From Podarcis melisellensis (Eukaryota): a DNA stretch of 64,000 nucleotides. The translations under genes and the position numbers were made by a program. The stretch is taken from the NCBI GenBank assembly GCA_964234715.1, contig OZ174279.1. One strand, written 5' to 3'. The notes below the pieces were generated by a model. It did not search any database and had not been told where the DNA came from. It saw nothing but the letters and a program-made list of their open reading frames with translations. Of this stretch, positions 37,427 through 52,317 are shown piece after piece (within the stretch, counting starts at the first letter, position 1; the number at the start of each line of letters is the position of its first letter).

Positions 37427-38633
37427 GGCTAGCCAATGAATATCAGAGTTATGAGCATGTGCATGGGGATAGTCTGTTCATGGCATTTTATTTATTTAAT
37501 ACCTAGTATTCCAGAATTCTGATCTTTTGGAAGTAGAGGAGATGAGGAGAGGAACTATGAGCCTGCCTGAGCTATAGCAAACCTGGTTATTGTGATGAAA
37601 CTTTGCCTTCAGCTAATGATTGCTGTCACGGGCAGGACTTTGGCTCAGTGCTGTGGTCTCTGTCTGTTCTCTCTCTCCTCTGAACTGAGTTTGCAAACTG
37701 TCAGCTCACAGCAGTCAGGGGGAAGTGGCACGGAACAGATGCCTCCCAAGCCACGCCCACCACGATGCTTGTACCCATGCCGCACAAATGAAAATATTGA
37801 GGATCTCTTCCAGATCTTTCACAAAAGTCAGGTGTTTTGCAGGACAAGAAAAAGCAGCTTTTGTGTACATTATTCTTGAATACTACCTGAATAATGACAA
37901 TGTCATATGACAACATGCAATTTTAAAAACAATAACGACAACCCAGGAACTCTACCACTATAAATGGTAAGTGGGGAAAGGCCCCCAGCCTTGGGTGTGT
38001 GGAGGTGGGAGGTATCTATGCAACTACTGCATCAGAGGATGCTCATGTTAAGCACTTTTCAGAGAGATGAAAGAAGTCAAGGCAATGTCCCAGCTGGCAC
38101 TGTGTTGTGGGGGAAGCCAAGGTCTAATTTCTCTTGCCTGTCTGTACATGCATCTTTCCCTAGGCCCTTCTTCCCAGTGCTCATGGATTGCCTACTGGAA
38201 AGCTGTTTCCCTCTGGGTATTCTTTTAAGATGCAGGCTTGATTAGTACCACTGCATCTGTGGCAGCAGAGTAGCCATGTTCATTGAGAACCAAGAAGTAA
38301 ACACAAGAGCTTGCAACTTCCTGTCTCAGTTGTGTCTGGGAGTTTGGCAATGAACAGGAAGCAATTGTGCCACCCATGCACAGAAAACCTTTAACACCCT
38401 GCCTGGGTCACATGTGGCAGACCACACCATGCATGCACTTCTCTGCCTCTAAAGAATTAGAGGGGGATTTCCCCTAGCTGCATGTACCATTGAATTCATG
38501 ACAATTTAAGGTCTGGCTTTATCAGCTCCCATGATCAGCGCACGTTCCTGCAATCTGTGCATGAGAGGTACTGTCTTTCTCAGAGAGGCATCCTCGTCAT
38601 ATCTGTAATTAGCTGTTGAGATGGCTTTTGCTT

Positions 38634-38689
<56 letters not shown>
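38634..38689. repeat. (AC)n(GA)n compound microsatellite
   Basis: Directly visible. Confidence 0.97.
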
Positions 38690-38692
<3 letters not shown>

Positions 38693-40699
38693 CTAGTCTG
38701 GAGCATTCTGCTAAGCACCTAATGTGTCCGCATCACAATCTTATGCATGCCTTTTCAAAAGGAAGCCTCCTAGTAGTTAAATGGCTGCAGTCCCAGGTAA
38801 GGATTGCAGCTTTAACAATCTGATTCAACAGATGTATGTATGGGGTGTATGAGTGAAAATGGGAGTGGGGAGTCAGGGGTGCATGGCTGTGAAATGCATG
38901 ACACAGTGATACTGCTGTAGTACTTGGAGGGTAATGGCTGGCTTTTCTTCTGGCATAAGGAAATGAAATTAAGTACAGTGCCTTCCATTATGTCTGTCTC
39001 AGGATGCAATAATTGATTTTGCCTATTGATGCTGAATCTCCCTATTCCTCATACTGGATCCACTTGGGGAAAGCAGCCAAGCAAAGATGCCTGTAACCTG
39101 AGTTGGAGGATGGTTTGTTTGTGACATGATGAGAGCTACCAGGAACCGCTATGGGCAAATGCAGGGAGGCACCTGGTGGCACATCACCTAGAGTTTCTTG
39201 GAGGAAAGGTGGAATATATAGGCAATAGTCATAAATAAAATAAATCCATGGCTATTGGCCATGTTGGTTGGTGCTGATGGAATACAAACACACCTGCAAG
39301 GACAGAGGTTTTCCATCCCTGACTTAGATTGTATGTAGGACCATGCCACTGGAGCAAGCAGCAAAGCAGAACAATTATAAGAATTCTATTTCTTATTTTT
39401 TTCAACTCAACTGGGCAGATACTAGGCACCACACCAGCCATTCAGACTGAGAGCCATTTCACTCATTAAAAATATATGATGAGTTTACTTTGTCACCTAA
39501 AGCTGTGTATTTGGGAAGGAATTGTGGTGGTTTGCTTGAAATCCTTCTGAAAAGTGGCATTGTTAATCTCTTGCTTCTGTGCCATAAGGATAACACTTTA
39601 TGGGGCCCCTCCCTCCTCTCTCTTTCTGTGTCTTTCTATGAAAATAAGATTTTAGAGTTGCAGGGATTGTGTTTGGAGTTCAGACACTAATAAATGCTTC
39701 CATTAACCACCCAGTGCAATTGATTGGCATACATTCCAAGGTATGGCTATATAATATTCAGTCCTTTTCCAGGGCAAAGTAAAATCCAGGTATATCTGGA
39801 CAATATCTTTTGGGCAGAAAACATATTTTGGGCAAAAAATACATGCAGAGGAGGAACAGGAATGTCTTTACTGCTAATTATGGTGCTAGTTCTGATTCTG
39901 GAGCAGTAGCTTGATAACTGGACATGCATTTGAAAAGGAGATATGATATTTACTAGTCAATTTTACACTTAAGAGTTCTGCTTCTTGTTGTTTTAAAGGA
40001 CGATATGAGCACCTCCGTTGATGGGTTCCAATCCTTTTTACATACACTTAAAAAAATAAAATCAAGTAAAATTATTCCAAGTGATCTGGAAATGGGAGAC
40101 AGTTGTATTACTAATGGACATTAGCCACTCGACGCCTGCAAATGTCACACCAAAATGAACACACGCCTATTGTTAACAGTGCTGACCACATGCTTTAGAG
40201 AGACACAGCCTGTTAACAGAAACTTGCAAATGCCATGGCAGAACACAAAATGTAGAAATGCCATTGCCAGTGGTTTACAACACTGCTAGCAAATAACTGT
40301 GTGCAGAGGGGAAAATATTACTGTCTATACTGTACATAGCCCTAGTTAATTTTCCCACATTCCTTAGATCTGGGAATTTTGAGTATGGGTCTCCTGCTTC
40401 TGAGACCATATTTTAAAACAGAAAAAGCACTGCTATAGTTGAGCATGCAGGATCTGTGAATATTAGTTCAGTGTTTAAATTTAGACAGCAAGTTGGTTTT
40501 CTCTTTTACTTTGCTGCTTTATTTTTAGACTTAGAAATGTACTTCCAAATCAAATCCACCCATCTTTGCCTCTCAGCTTTGGGCTGCTGTGACACTCCCC
40601 AAATGGAGAGGTTGCCTGGAGAGGAAAGATGATTTAATAATAAATTGTTCCAGGGTCTGAGGTTGGGATTCCCCGCCCCCACCCCTCTTTCCCCCTGAA

Positions 40700-40970
40700 T
40701 GTGTATGTGGCTCTGACGCAGTTTCCTGAAAGTCCTGCCTGGTCCTGCCAGGGACTGAACGAACGTAGATCCCAGCTCGCCCAAAGGGGAGTGGAGTGGA
40801 GGGGGAGAGAAGACTTTGCCAAACTGGCTTGACCAGAATGTGACACAAGAGCAGGAAATGAGTCACTCCTGGTAGGGCAGCTGCTCTCAGCCATTTGCAT
40901 AAAGAAAAGCGCCAGCAGAGGAGGGGGAAATGACACCAGGCCTCTCGGCCTGTCCTGAATAAAATCTGCT
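40700..40970. promoter_or_regulatory. Candidate enhancer: two ETS-AP-1/CRE composite motifs plus an octamer
   Basis: TGACGCAGTTTCCTG (40714-40728), CAGGAAATGAGTCA (40852-40865), ATTTGCAT (40893-40900) in a non-repetitive, GC-elevated segment. Confidence 0.5.
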
Positions 40971-41989
40971 CTGCATTCAACTAGCTTGCAGGCTTCTGCC
41001 TTGATACGTTGTCCTCCTCTTCCTCCTCCTTCCCCCCTCGCTGCCCCCACCCCTGTCCTTCAAACATCTCTCTGCTATATCTCACCCTGCAGAACCCCAA
41101 ACATTCAGGGCCTGGATCTTTTTAAAGTGCTGCCTGTAAAGTCAACATGAAACCTCTGTTTAAATGAAAGTACACAGGCAGGGCCCAGCCACCCAGCCTC
41201 CCTGGCACATTAGGATGGGTCGGGGCAAGGCCATTGGGGGGCCCTGGGTTATTTCCCAGGAGGAGCCCTGCTAAGCTGGCTGCACAAGGACAAAGCTCTG
41301 GCAAGGGGGATGATACAGACATAAACTGCTCTAGCATCGCTTCCATTGTCTCAATCGATTCCTGCCTGCAAAGGGATTAATTTTCCTCCTGCACTGAGCT
41401 AACCCAAGTAGGTCGGTCGGTGGGGTCCAGGGCAGGCTGGGTGGGAGGCCCTTTTGTGCGTTGGGATTTTGACAGAGAGTGGATTGTTTTGGCAGCCTCT
41501 AAGTCCCCTTTTATTAATAATTAGGGATGGGAGCCTGTCCTTTGCAGTGGTGACGCTTGCTCTTAAAAGGGCAAATTCACAAGCAGGCCCAGCTGCAGGT
41601 AGGAGAGGGCTGAAGGGGAAACCGCTGGGGAGAGGGTATTGCAGGCTGGGATCTAGGACCCTCTTGTTTCTCACTGGGTGCCAGCAGTTCGAGGGGCATA
41701 GTTGGATGTATGTATGCCACACAGGATTAAAGTTGGACCTTGCATTCTATTATTTTATTAACGGATGTCCCAAACTTGTGGTGTTGGATATTAGACTTCC
41801 TTTGTGTTCTTCCGTGCTTTTTATCATTTTCATTTGCTGTATTTATTTTAAAAGTCGTTCCAGCGTAGTATGGTGACTTGTGGGTGACTTGGAAGCAGGT
41901 CATCAGACTGCCTAAAAGTGGGTTTTCAGAGCAATGGTCATAATTCAGAGAACTACATCTGCCCAGAGTAGCTTTTGACTCATCCAGAA

Positions 41990-41991
<2 letters not shown>

Positions 41992-42043
<52 letters not shown>

Positions 42044-42046
42044 TGT
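41992..42046. repeat. (CT)n(GT)n compound microsatellite
   Basis: Directly visible. Confidence 0.97.
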
Positions 42047-45000
42047 CTGTTAGTGAGTAGCTTTCTCCTTGTTTATATCCTTCCTACCATAGCATCCCCT
42101 TGTCAGGAAAGAGTGCCCAAGGGTTACAGCTTAAAAGGCACACATTTAGAAATATATAAAGCAATGTCGAATCTTACAGGCAGCTGCGGTGTATTGCCAG
42201 TGCAGAAGTATAATAATTGTGTATTTTGTGTAACTAACATTTGAATAGGCCTGTTCACGAAGCAATGGCTGCTCTGCTTCGTCTTCTTCTAATGTGGATT
42301 ATGCTTACCCACATGAATTGGTGTGTTGGCAGCTTATCTTTAGGCCCACATACTCTGTTTTAATCTGATTGGAGGATGGTGCTATTTATACAGGTTTAGT
42401 GGGTGGTTTGTTAAAGTGACAGAGCAACCTGATCTTGACCTTCCGGAGCACCCAAAGATGGCCAAAGATATAGAGTAACTACGACTTCTGCTTTTCCCAC
42501 TCTGCCCTTTATTGAACAGATTTCAAAGAAGACGTTGTTGCCATCAGGCAGAGTGAAGCAGCCAGCCACCTCATACAAGACATGTGAAGGGAAATGGCAG
42601 CCTAGTGTTGGGGGACACAGCTGTAAGTGCCACATAGTCTGCCCTGCACCCCCTAAGTTAAACCTGCTGCTCTCGGCTACAATAGAAGTTGCTTTTCCGC
42701 CACCAGTGTTGAAGTAAGTTTCAACTGTCTGTTTGGCTAGCTTCTGTATGTGGGATGCCATTTTGCCCTTTGCCTCAGACAACATAATTTCTTGTGCTGG
42801 CCCTGGTCATTGCAGCATATGCATTAGTCCTGACCACAGCTATTTGGATCTGGACAGCAACTAGCCCTGGCGTCTCTAGCCACAACCCAATCTATAAATC
42901 TTTAAAGTCTTTTGTAAAGCTTTGGTTTAAACTCACACCACCCTGGGGAGGAAGGGAGGGAAGGAGTGATGTTTACCCTCCAACATTCTCCTCAGGCCAA
43001 AAAACCTTTAACCTCTTTTTATATTTTAAAAATAGTTTAATCTGTGTTAAAATGTGAGAGTCAAACTTGGGTGCTAGGAAGCACTTTGTTTTTGAAACGT
43101 GCACATTTCTTTTTTATTCCCAAAGGGACATTTTTTAGACGAGTGAAGAACAACTGTAAGGAAGCGGGGAGTGTCTTTGGTCAGTGACTGAATTTTAGGG
43201 GGTGAGGAGACAGGTCAAGTCCAGCTGAGAGGCAGCTCCGTTGCTTTAATGAACCATCATTGTAAACAACATCTTCCTCCACTCAGAGGAGTCTGTGAAA
43301 TGGTGAACATGGTTTAATGGATTCCTTCATGGACATTGCAGCATGAGCCAGTATTTTTTTGATGCAAACTGAGTGACATGACTGCCCTCACAGTATTTTC
43401 CCTGGGCATGAAACAGTTTTCCCCTCAACAGGGTATGCAGGCATTTGCAGCATATAAAGGCACATTTCTGGGACAGAAATGATTCACGGGGATGACTAAG
43501 AGACTACAGGGCCTTTTGAAGCTACAGTGCCAGTTTGTGTCCAGCCCTGGTGGTTGATAGCTGCTACCGGCCAGTGGCCTGTGTGACTACATGCAAAAGG
43601 AAGCTGCTGGCTCCAATGGCTGCTTCCTTGGGTAAAGAATCAATTTTTTACACTGACAGGGAGGACCAACATTTTATGGACAATGGCAGCTGAGCTCTTT
43701 CTTTGGTTTTGCTGGAGGCCTCTGCAGAAGGATTAGGAGCCCCCACTGCAGGATGCAAAAATATGATATATCCAATATGTGCCACAGACCTGTAATGCGT
43801 ATCCTTTTATAATAAGAGGTGTCTGTGAGCTTAGGCAGGATGGCAGGTATGTAGATGGTGGTGTGGCTGTGTATTCAGTATACTGAGGAAAAGACAAATA
43901 AATAGTGTAATGTATAAAGCTTGAACACAGTAATGACGTAGGAGCAGCCTTTGGCTGTAGTCCTACATACTTACCTGGGTAAGCTCTATTGGACACAGTA
44001 AACATGAATATTATTATTATAATTATTTATTTACCTTCTCTCCCCCTGCCCCGGGTCAGGGACTCAGGGCGGCTTACAGATAAAAAATAAGAACAGCTGA
44101 AAACATTGTTTTCCAGCTGTCTGTAACACTAGCTTTTCTGCCCATAGGCTGTTTTGACCTTTTTGGTCCATCATCTACAGGAGCAACTGCTATGAGGCTT
44201 TTGGAAGAGGCAATCTGTGCTTGAGAAAAATGAGCAAGGAGGTGCTCTTCTCTTTGACCTGTCTCCCCACCCCCACGTGGGGTTACAGATGCAAGGTAAA
44301 ACATGTATGGAATTGCATGGATACTGGGAAAGCTTAAACACCCTCATCCCAGTTCTTTGGGACAAATTACCCTGCCAGAAGTGCCTTGGCCTCTTCAGGT
44401 AGCATGCTGATCATTCCATCATGAGACAATCAGAAAACCATTATGGGATTCTGGAAAAGCATTATCCATTATCTTCACTTACCACATTTGAGTTGAGGGG
44501 ATTGTTTGCTTATTTACATTTCTATGTAACATAAATCTAAAGCAATTTACCAAAAATGGCAATAAAACACACTGAAAAACACTGTTAAAATTAATGTAAG
44601 AAAACCAAAAGCAGGATAAAACAATTCAGCTTAAAAGCTGGGAGCTAGAAGTTTACGCTATTGTAATATAAAGTCCAGTGGAATCGTTTCCAATCTCTGG
44701 GGTGAAAAAGTTTCATGGCTTCACATTTCATGCTGGCCCTACTATTAGGCAGAGTGAAGCAGCTGCCTCAGGCCACAGACGGTGGGTGGGAAGATCTTTG
44801 AGGGCAGAGAGGGATGTGCCATGTGACCTGCCCTGAGCCACCTAAGAGAGTGTGCTGTCCCATTACCAAAACTGAAGTAAGATTGTTTTAATGGATGGCT
44901 TCTTTTACATGGAGTGGTTTGGGGTCATGAATCTTGTCCTTTGCCTTATGCAACAAAATGTCCATAGTCAGCCCTGAGTTCACGTAACTGAATGAAACCA

Positions 45001-45519
45001 TTTTTGGTGTGATGTTGGTTTTTATTCAACATTTAAAAAACATTTTTAAAACTGACCAAAGATCTATGCTGCTGCCCTTAAAATATTTCTTTTAGTGCTC
45101 TGTTAACCCTGATAGTCCCTGTTTTTCTGAAAAACGTGAACTTATTCTTGATACAGTAACTTCTGTTCTGAAGCAAAATTTCCCAAACTGATGTACTCCA
45201 CAACTTCTGCTGCACAGGAAATGTTGTGGTGTTGGTATGCATGGTTAGAAAAAGATTGGAAGAAATTGCAGCTGGTTGGCTTTCCAACAGCACCACAAAC
45301 CTAAATGAAAGGAAATGGGTGAGATCAACCCTGTCAATGTAGAAGATGAAAAGGGGTTGTATGGCAGAATTTGTTACAAGTCATTGAGAGAGTTTTCTGT
45401 TGTGATTAGAAGAGGATTCAAGGTTTGAGGGAGGCGGGGGAGGCAGATTTCTTCTGGGCCATAAAAAGAAGACCAAACAGATTAAATCCTCATATTTGAA
45501 TCTGTGAGGGTTTATCTGT

Positions 45520-45901
45520 TTCTCATTCTCCAATCTTAAATTCAGCTCAAATTTTCTGCATCGGTTTACAGGGGTTTTTTATTTTAAAAAATATCCTCAC
45601 CAAATGTCATTGGTGTTTTAGTGCACATCTCTCCTAATGTACATTTTCTTGTACGCAATTTTGCGTAATATACAGATTTCGATGAGCGATTTCCCCATAC
45701 GTAATGCATTTTTGTATGCTATTTGCACTTACATATTTTATGAGGCATTTCCCTTAATATATGCATGTTTGTACACATCTGGTTAGAGAACCATATCAGA
45801 AAATTCCAAGAAGTGTGAATTTCAAAGTATACCTACATTTCAATTTGTATGTTGTTTCAGGAAGAGGAAGTAGGTTGGTCTGAATTTCTCCTCCATCCCT
45901 A
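45520..45901. mobile_element. AT-rich non-autonomous element with internal ~30-bp subrepeats
   Basis: Iterated (ttt)gtatgca.ttt.ccctaatata..cattt-type units ending in ...catcccta; classification uncertain. Confidence 0.45.
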
Positions 45902-47344
45902 CATCCAAAGTAAGAGTGGACAGGACTGCAGCCATGCTAGATTAAGGTTGCAGTTTAACTGCACATCTGGGAGTTAGTCCCATGGAACTCAGTGAGAATT
46001 GCTATCATCTAGTCATATGCAAGATTGTGCTGCAAGCAGTTGTAGGGCTTTGATTTCTTTCTTTTTTTAACACTGAAATAATTAATTGGCCGCAGTGGCT
46101 TAATTTAATCTGGATAATTGTTAGATCCCATTTATATATCAGAGTCTGCTTTTTATTTGGGTTTGTTCTTATAAATCTGCATGCCTCTGAGTGGATGGCC
46201 AAACTGACAATATATTTAATGTTTATTGGCAGATGTCCTTGGTATGACTAGCCTGGAAGTGCTCTCTCTCACACACACACTGAACTGCAGCCTCTAAAAG
46301 CTATTCTGTCTCTTGCATGCCTCAACCCTCAGACCCAGTTGCAGCTGTTTGAAGCACGGCTGGACACTTGTTACTTCACCTGGCTTGAGCATGTGCAGTT
46401 GGTGTGAAGCATTCGGATGTTAAACGTATGGAAGGCTCTGTTGCAGCACTGCTTGAACACTCTGACTTATCAATGCAGCTAGAGCTGTTATATACTGCAG
46501 AAAAGGCCCTATACTCAAGGACTTAAGAATCCCACACCCCAGAACTGCAGACAGTGCAACATGGTGGTTCATTCGCATTAGCACTTTACTGTTGGTCTTG
46601 CCCTAATTCCTACTTGGCAGAGCCCTTCCTGTTGTAGGGTTTGACTGTGATGAATCAGTATTATATTTGCGATAGTAATTAAAGCCCGTGCAGGCATTCC
46701 AAGCACTGAACAGAATGAGCGTTGCCTATTGCCTCCCGGGAGTGATCTTACTCATTGCTCTCTGTCATAGTCTCCCTACTTCATGGCAAGAAGCACCCGT
46801 TTTCATGAGAAAAGTAGGAAGGGAGAAAGCTGTTCTGATGGGGAGTTGAGAGTAACTGCATCCCGTGGAGAGATAAAAGCAGCAGTGTATATTGTGCAGG
46901 ACTTGGATATAATAATTCATTGGGGGCGGGGTGGATGATAGTTCAAATGCAACAGATTGTGTTATGCAATCATAGGATGCTGAGCCAAACAGCATAATTT
47001 ATAGAGCTCGGGCCAAAGAAGATTAGTTCCTTGGTTGTGAAATTTGGAATTTCCAAAAAGGAATGGAGTCATGCTGCTGGGGAAAGCAGCACGGAGGAGA
47101 ATGCAGGGGGGAAAGTCTGATACTAGCTCAATGGATCTTTGATCTTGATTATTTTTTGTTGCCAAGGTATTGCAACGAAAACAGAGAACCTTGTATCGCC
47201 TTCAAAGACTCACAGTCACGAGTGACAAAAAGCATAACCCAGTGTTCAAATTCTGGGAAAATGTCTTTGATTTGTTTGTTCTTATTATTTGCACTTATAT
47301 CCCACCTTTCCTCCTGCTCAATGTGGCGCAGACAGTTCTCCCTC

Positions 47345-47503
47345 TCCCCTGTTTTATCCTCACTACAACCCTGCAATGTAGGTTAGGGTGGGAGACAGTG
47401 ATTGGCCAAGGAACACGGAGTGAGCTTTGTGGCTGGGTGGGGACTAGAACTCCAGTCTCCCAGGTCTTAGTCCAACACTCTCACCACTACACCAAACTGG
47501 CTC
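47345..47503 (-). mobile_element. Squam3-like tRNA-derived SINE
   Basis: Minus strand GAGCCAGTTTGGTGTAGTGG (A box) ... GAGTTCTAGTCCCCAC (B box) ... ccaccctaacctacattgcagggttgtagtgaggataaaa. Partial relatives at ~19560, 23190, 54800 and 57146. Confidence 0.75.
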
Positions 47504-48775
47504 ATATCCTTATTTTTCAAGAAGTAGCTCAATTTAGAGAACACAGTCCTTGTCCAGGCCTTTTTAAAATGTAGATTCAATAAATGGAGGGAGGATCAGG
47601 AGTGAGATGTCGGACTTCACTCCTGACTGCCATGCATGTATTGACTCTGTGTGTACTATAGAGCCCACAGTCTGTGAATATACACAGTTGATCACATGTT
47701 GATCAGTGACTTGCTACCATAATACCACCTCCACTTTAATAATGGGTCTATTTATAATCTAAAATGGACTGACTCGTGCCACTTTATTTTGGTACATGAG
47801 GACTCTGAAGTACTTGTGCTTCACAACAAGAAAGTGCTTGGAACAAATAAGAGCCCATGCAGATATATCACAAAATCCCTGCTCAATTAAGACATGAAAG
47901 AAATGGAAGTTTTTTCACTGACTTTGCTAGAAAGTGACCTATACCTATATTGGTGCATCTATAACATTGTCCATCAGAGATGCGTAAACCTATTCTTAGC
48001 CACAGCAAACGGCTTGGCTACAATCATTGTGTTGGTGGGGGGACTAGCTTATAATCTATATAAATTATTATTGACAATGCCTTTAATTTTTGAAAATGTG
48101 CATGTCATAATTGGAGATATCTCAGGATACACAGAGTCATGTTTGCCATCACTAAAAGCTGGATGGAAATTAAGGCAGTAACTCTATGCATATGTACCTG
48201 GGAATAAGTTCCATGGACTTTTTTCCCAGGTAAATATGACTAGGGTTGGGTTGTGCAGGTAAAATTTGGTTGATTAAAAGGAGGAAGAAAGAGACATGTT
48301 GGAGGAAGAGAAAAACAAAATGAAGAAAGCCCATGAATTAATATAATGATGACACATGGGTGTGCAAGATGAGAAGGGAAAGAGGGATGGGTTAGCTTTG
48401 TCGAAAAGTATTTCAGGAAAAGATGCCACAATGCATCCACATTTCTACAGAACACCACAGGTCTTTCTTTATGACAGAGCAAGAGCTTCGTCCACAATCC
48501 AAGGAAGATCCATGCACTTATACCCCTTGAATTATGGCTGCTAATTCTGTGCTTGATTATTGCCATTGCCTATAGACAGTGCTGTCTGCTTCTTCCAGAT
48601 TCAGCCAAGTCCAATGGCTAGATGACCTGACTAAATCTGTTTCTGATTTTGACACTAAATATTGATAGGTTTTCTTGCCAGACCAATGATAGGTCCAGAC
48701 TGTGGGCTGGTTTAAGTGATTCATACCTGGAAGTGTCCAATGGAATGTGTAGTAAGTACACACTTCATCATATAA

Positions 48776-48911
48776 CAGGCTTCTTCAACCTCGGCCCTCC
48801 AGATGTTTTTGGCCTACAACTCCCATGATCCCTAGCTAGCAGGACCAGTGTTCAGGGATGATAGGAATTGTAGTCTCAAAACATCTGGAGGGCCGAGTTT
48901 GAAGAAGCCTG
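48776..48911. mobile_element. hAT MITE, 136 bp
   Basis: TIR CAGGCTTCTTCAA(C/A)CTCGGCCCTCCAGATGTTTT; TSD TCATATAA/TCATACAA (7/8). Confidence 0.92.
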
Positions 48912-51900
48912 TCATACAACTTTCCCCAGTTAGTGATCTGCCTGTGGGTTAGAAACTAACCAATAATAATTTTCCAGCATGCCACTTTGTTTATCTCTGA
49001 ATAAGTTTCTCACTGTCTCCCACAGCATTGTCACTTTCCCACCATTTCCCCTTCATGATCAGGACATTTTTAATTAAAAAGTATAAGGGCATTTTAGACA
49101 TGTATTCCTTATCACCATAGTCTCCATGCAGATTTATTCTGTTAATTATCTGCTAAGGGAAAGCAGAGTTGTTTCTGACTTTGCAAAGTCCCTGCTACTT
49201 TATAATGTCACAGAAAAGTCTCAAGGGCACATACGTACGCAAACATGTCCTTTGATTTTTATTTACACACTGCATCACAACTAGTGCATATTTGGTAGAG
49301 TATGCATCTGCATTGCACATATATTGCCTTATTTAAGAAGAATGGGATGCCCTTAAGTCTAGCAAATGTATATGGACAAGTATGGGAAAAATGAAGGACA
49401 AACCAAAATGAAATCACATGAACTGCCTAGACAACTACCTACTGAGCAACATTTGCATGTTTACCCAAAATTACCCCCATTGCATTCAATGGAGCGTACT
49501 CCCAAGTAAATGTGGTTTGGATCACAGGTAGCCTAAGCCTGTGATTCTAAGCACACTGAAAGGCAGAGAGCCCCAATGAACTCAATGAGATTTACTACTG
49601 AGTGGTGCAACAGATACATTTCCTCATAATAATAATAATTTCATAACATTTTCATATGTTGATTTAAATGTGTAGATACAAATCTGGAAATAATTAGCCA
49701 GGAAATACAATACAGCTCACTGGGGGAGGGGAGGGGAAGAGAGACTGTGAGCAGGTGTGCCTGCTCAGTTTACTGTCCAGGTGCAACTTCAAAGCCCCTG
49801 TTCTTCCTTCTTACGGTTCTCTGTCTTTAAACCGGACTTGGAGAGGCCTTCAGATAGAGGACTGTTCTCTGTAAAGTAGTACAGTAGTCTGGACTAGATG
49901 GACCAACAGCCTGGCTCAGTCCAAGGTGGATTCCTCCAACTCTTTAGATTTCGCAGATCAGGGTCATGTCATCAGAATACACTGTCGGGTTCTGGGCCCA
50001 GTGATTGCTGCTGCTTCTCCTTGCGATGCATTAACCTGCCTGCTGAAGGGGAGTGCAGTCCTTGCGAGGGCAAAGAAACTGCCACGCACCTTCAAGCTGC
50101 TGAGTGGTGTGCTGCAAAACCAAAAGTGTGACTGTATGAAAGATTGCACCTAAGGTGCAAGGGCGGCCAAGAGTGGGACTGGAAGGAAGTGCTCCAAGGT
50201 AACATTTGCAAAGAACTTGCAAAAGTGTGAGAAGGCGGGTGAAGATGGGAAATAATAGCCAAAGGGTTCTGCAAGCCAACAAGAAGCAGCTTGCTCTCTC
50301 AGTGTGGGAGGGACTAGCCAGGGTGTTTTTGCTGCTCAGCATTTAGATGCTCTGGTGGGGCTCTCGTGAAGGAAGTTCACCAAGGTCATCTGCTTAAGGC
50401 TGCCCTCTTAAGTGGTGTTCAGCAGACAAAGGCTGGGCCCTGGGAAATGGGGGTGCAACTCCTCCCTGAGCCAGAAACTTTAGGATGACTTTGGGCAGCT
50501 TGGGGTACATCACACTACAAGTGTAAACTACTTTGGGAGGGAAATTAAGAAAGCATAATTGCCATCAAGGCTGCTCCCAGAGAAACCTAGGAATTGTATT
50601 TGTATTATCATTTCAAGGATTCTGATGCTAAGAACCAAAATTCCCACGATTCTTGGAGGAACTGTAGTTAAGTGGGGGAGAAAGAGAAAGAAAGTATAGT
50701 TTGTCAAAATGCACTGTTGCCAAGTTTCATTTCTTCAGCTGGTGACCTACCTCATACGGTTGTTCTGAGAATGAGTGAGACATGGAAATATTACAAACTC
50801 TGAGGTTTATGGGGAAACTAGAAGTACAAATGTTCAGATGGTGAACCAATGCTAAATATTCACAATCCTCCTCCTGCAAGAAACAGCCTTGGCTGACAGG
50901 ACTAAAATAAAAAGCAGCAAGCTCCATTAAATTGTTCCTGGCCCTCAAAGGCTAAGAAAACAGGGCTGTTAAAGCAGGGTGGGTGGATAGGCAATGGTTA
51001 GAGAACTGGGCCAAATCAGCTGCCTCTCACATGTTTAGAGCAACACCAAATATCACGAGCTGTTTCATCAGTCTGAAGAGCAGAGGGCCTGGTGAATGGC
51101 TACTCTTAGATGGCCAAAGGCAGCACAGGTAATTGAATAGGCCTGTGTCTCTCCCTCTGTCCTTCAGCCTGATGGAAAGGAAAGAATGGACTGTTTCATC
51201 CCAGCTGATCACTGTATGGACTTTGTAATTCTAAGAACTGTGGCCTAAGCTTGCTTTCTCCCCTCTACTTTCCTGATCGTGCCATGTCTTCTAGATTGTT
51301 TCATTACAGTAAGCTGCTCTGGGAACCTTTTTGGCTAAGTGGGGTGAAAATGCTTTAAATAAATAAAATGTTTGGAAATGTATTTTCCTTTCCTGAAAAT
51401 ATGTATGGCTGATGTATCCTCCCCTCTGCTTAGATCCTGATGAGGTCGAGCCTGGGGGTTCTCTGTGACACAAAAAGAGTGTCTCTTTGTTGTTCAAATG
51501 AACTTTTGTTTCTTTCTCCTCCAGCAGCAGCTTGTCTTTATCCTATGAAATCATTCAGAAAGTTTTAGAGGAATTAAAGAAGGCTTTATTCCCAGGAGTC
51601 AAAGATGGGGCAACTTGCTCCAGGGTCAGTGTGAGCATCATGTGGATGCAAACTCATTATTGTCTGACTGCAAGGGTAGCCGGTCCTGTGACAATAAAGC
51701 AGAAGGCTGAAAAAGTTCTCCACCCATTGCTGGAATGTAGGCATCCTTGCAGTAACTGTTTACCACCACTTTTGTAAGAACAGAGAACAGGAAGCATAGA
51801 AAAGATAAGATGGGTGGGCAGGACAGATTGGCCAGGAGCTGGATCAACATAATAGAATCAAGAAGTAATTTACAGTATTAGGCCAGCAATGCTCACCGTC

Positions 51901-52317
51901 CTTCTCATACACTTGTAAACAAAGTCCCATAATATAATAACATCTTCAACTGAGAGTTCTGTCCAACTTCTTGAAAATCTCCAATAAAACTTTAATTGTT
52001 GAGCTGCTCTTATAATTAAACACGTCCTCCCCCGATATTTAATCTAAACCCACAGATTCTTGTCCTGCTTTTACTCATCAAAAAAGACCCATACTTTGAA
52101 ACTGTCAGCAGTCTCCAACCTCTCACTTTTTATTTGGGCAAAATACAGTGTGCATAGTTCTCCTCTGAATCACTTTCAACACTTCAACATGTGTTTGCTT
52201 GTTTAACATTTATATCCCACTTTTCCTCCATGATGGAACTCAGGGTGGTATTCAGGAAGGTCCCCATAAGGGCTCCCATCCAGACCCAGACCTACTTAGC
52301 CTTAGCAAGGCTGTTGT

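Noticed and set aside
40506-41876. Several 90-140 aa ORFs
   Set aside because: Overlapping in multiple frames, mostly non-ATG starts, no homology recognised; explained by raised GC content.
49898-50342. Cluster of overlapping ORFs with a possible acceptor at ~49956
   Set aside because: No recognisable domain and no matching donor or partner exons.
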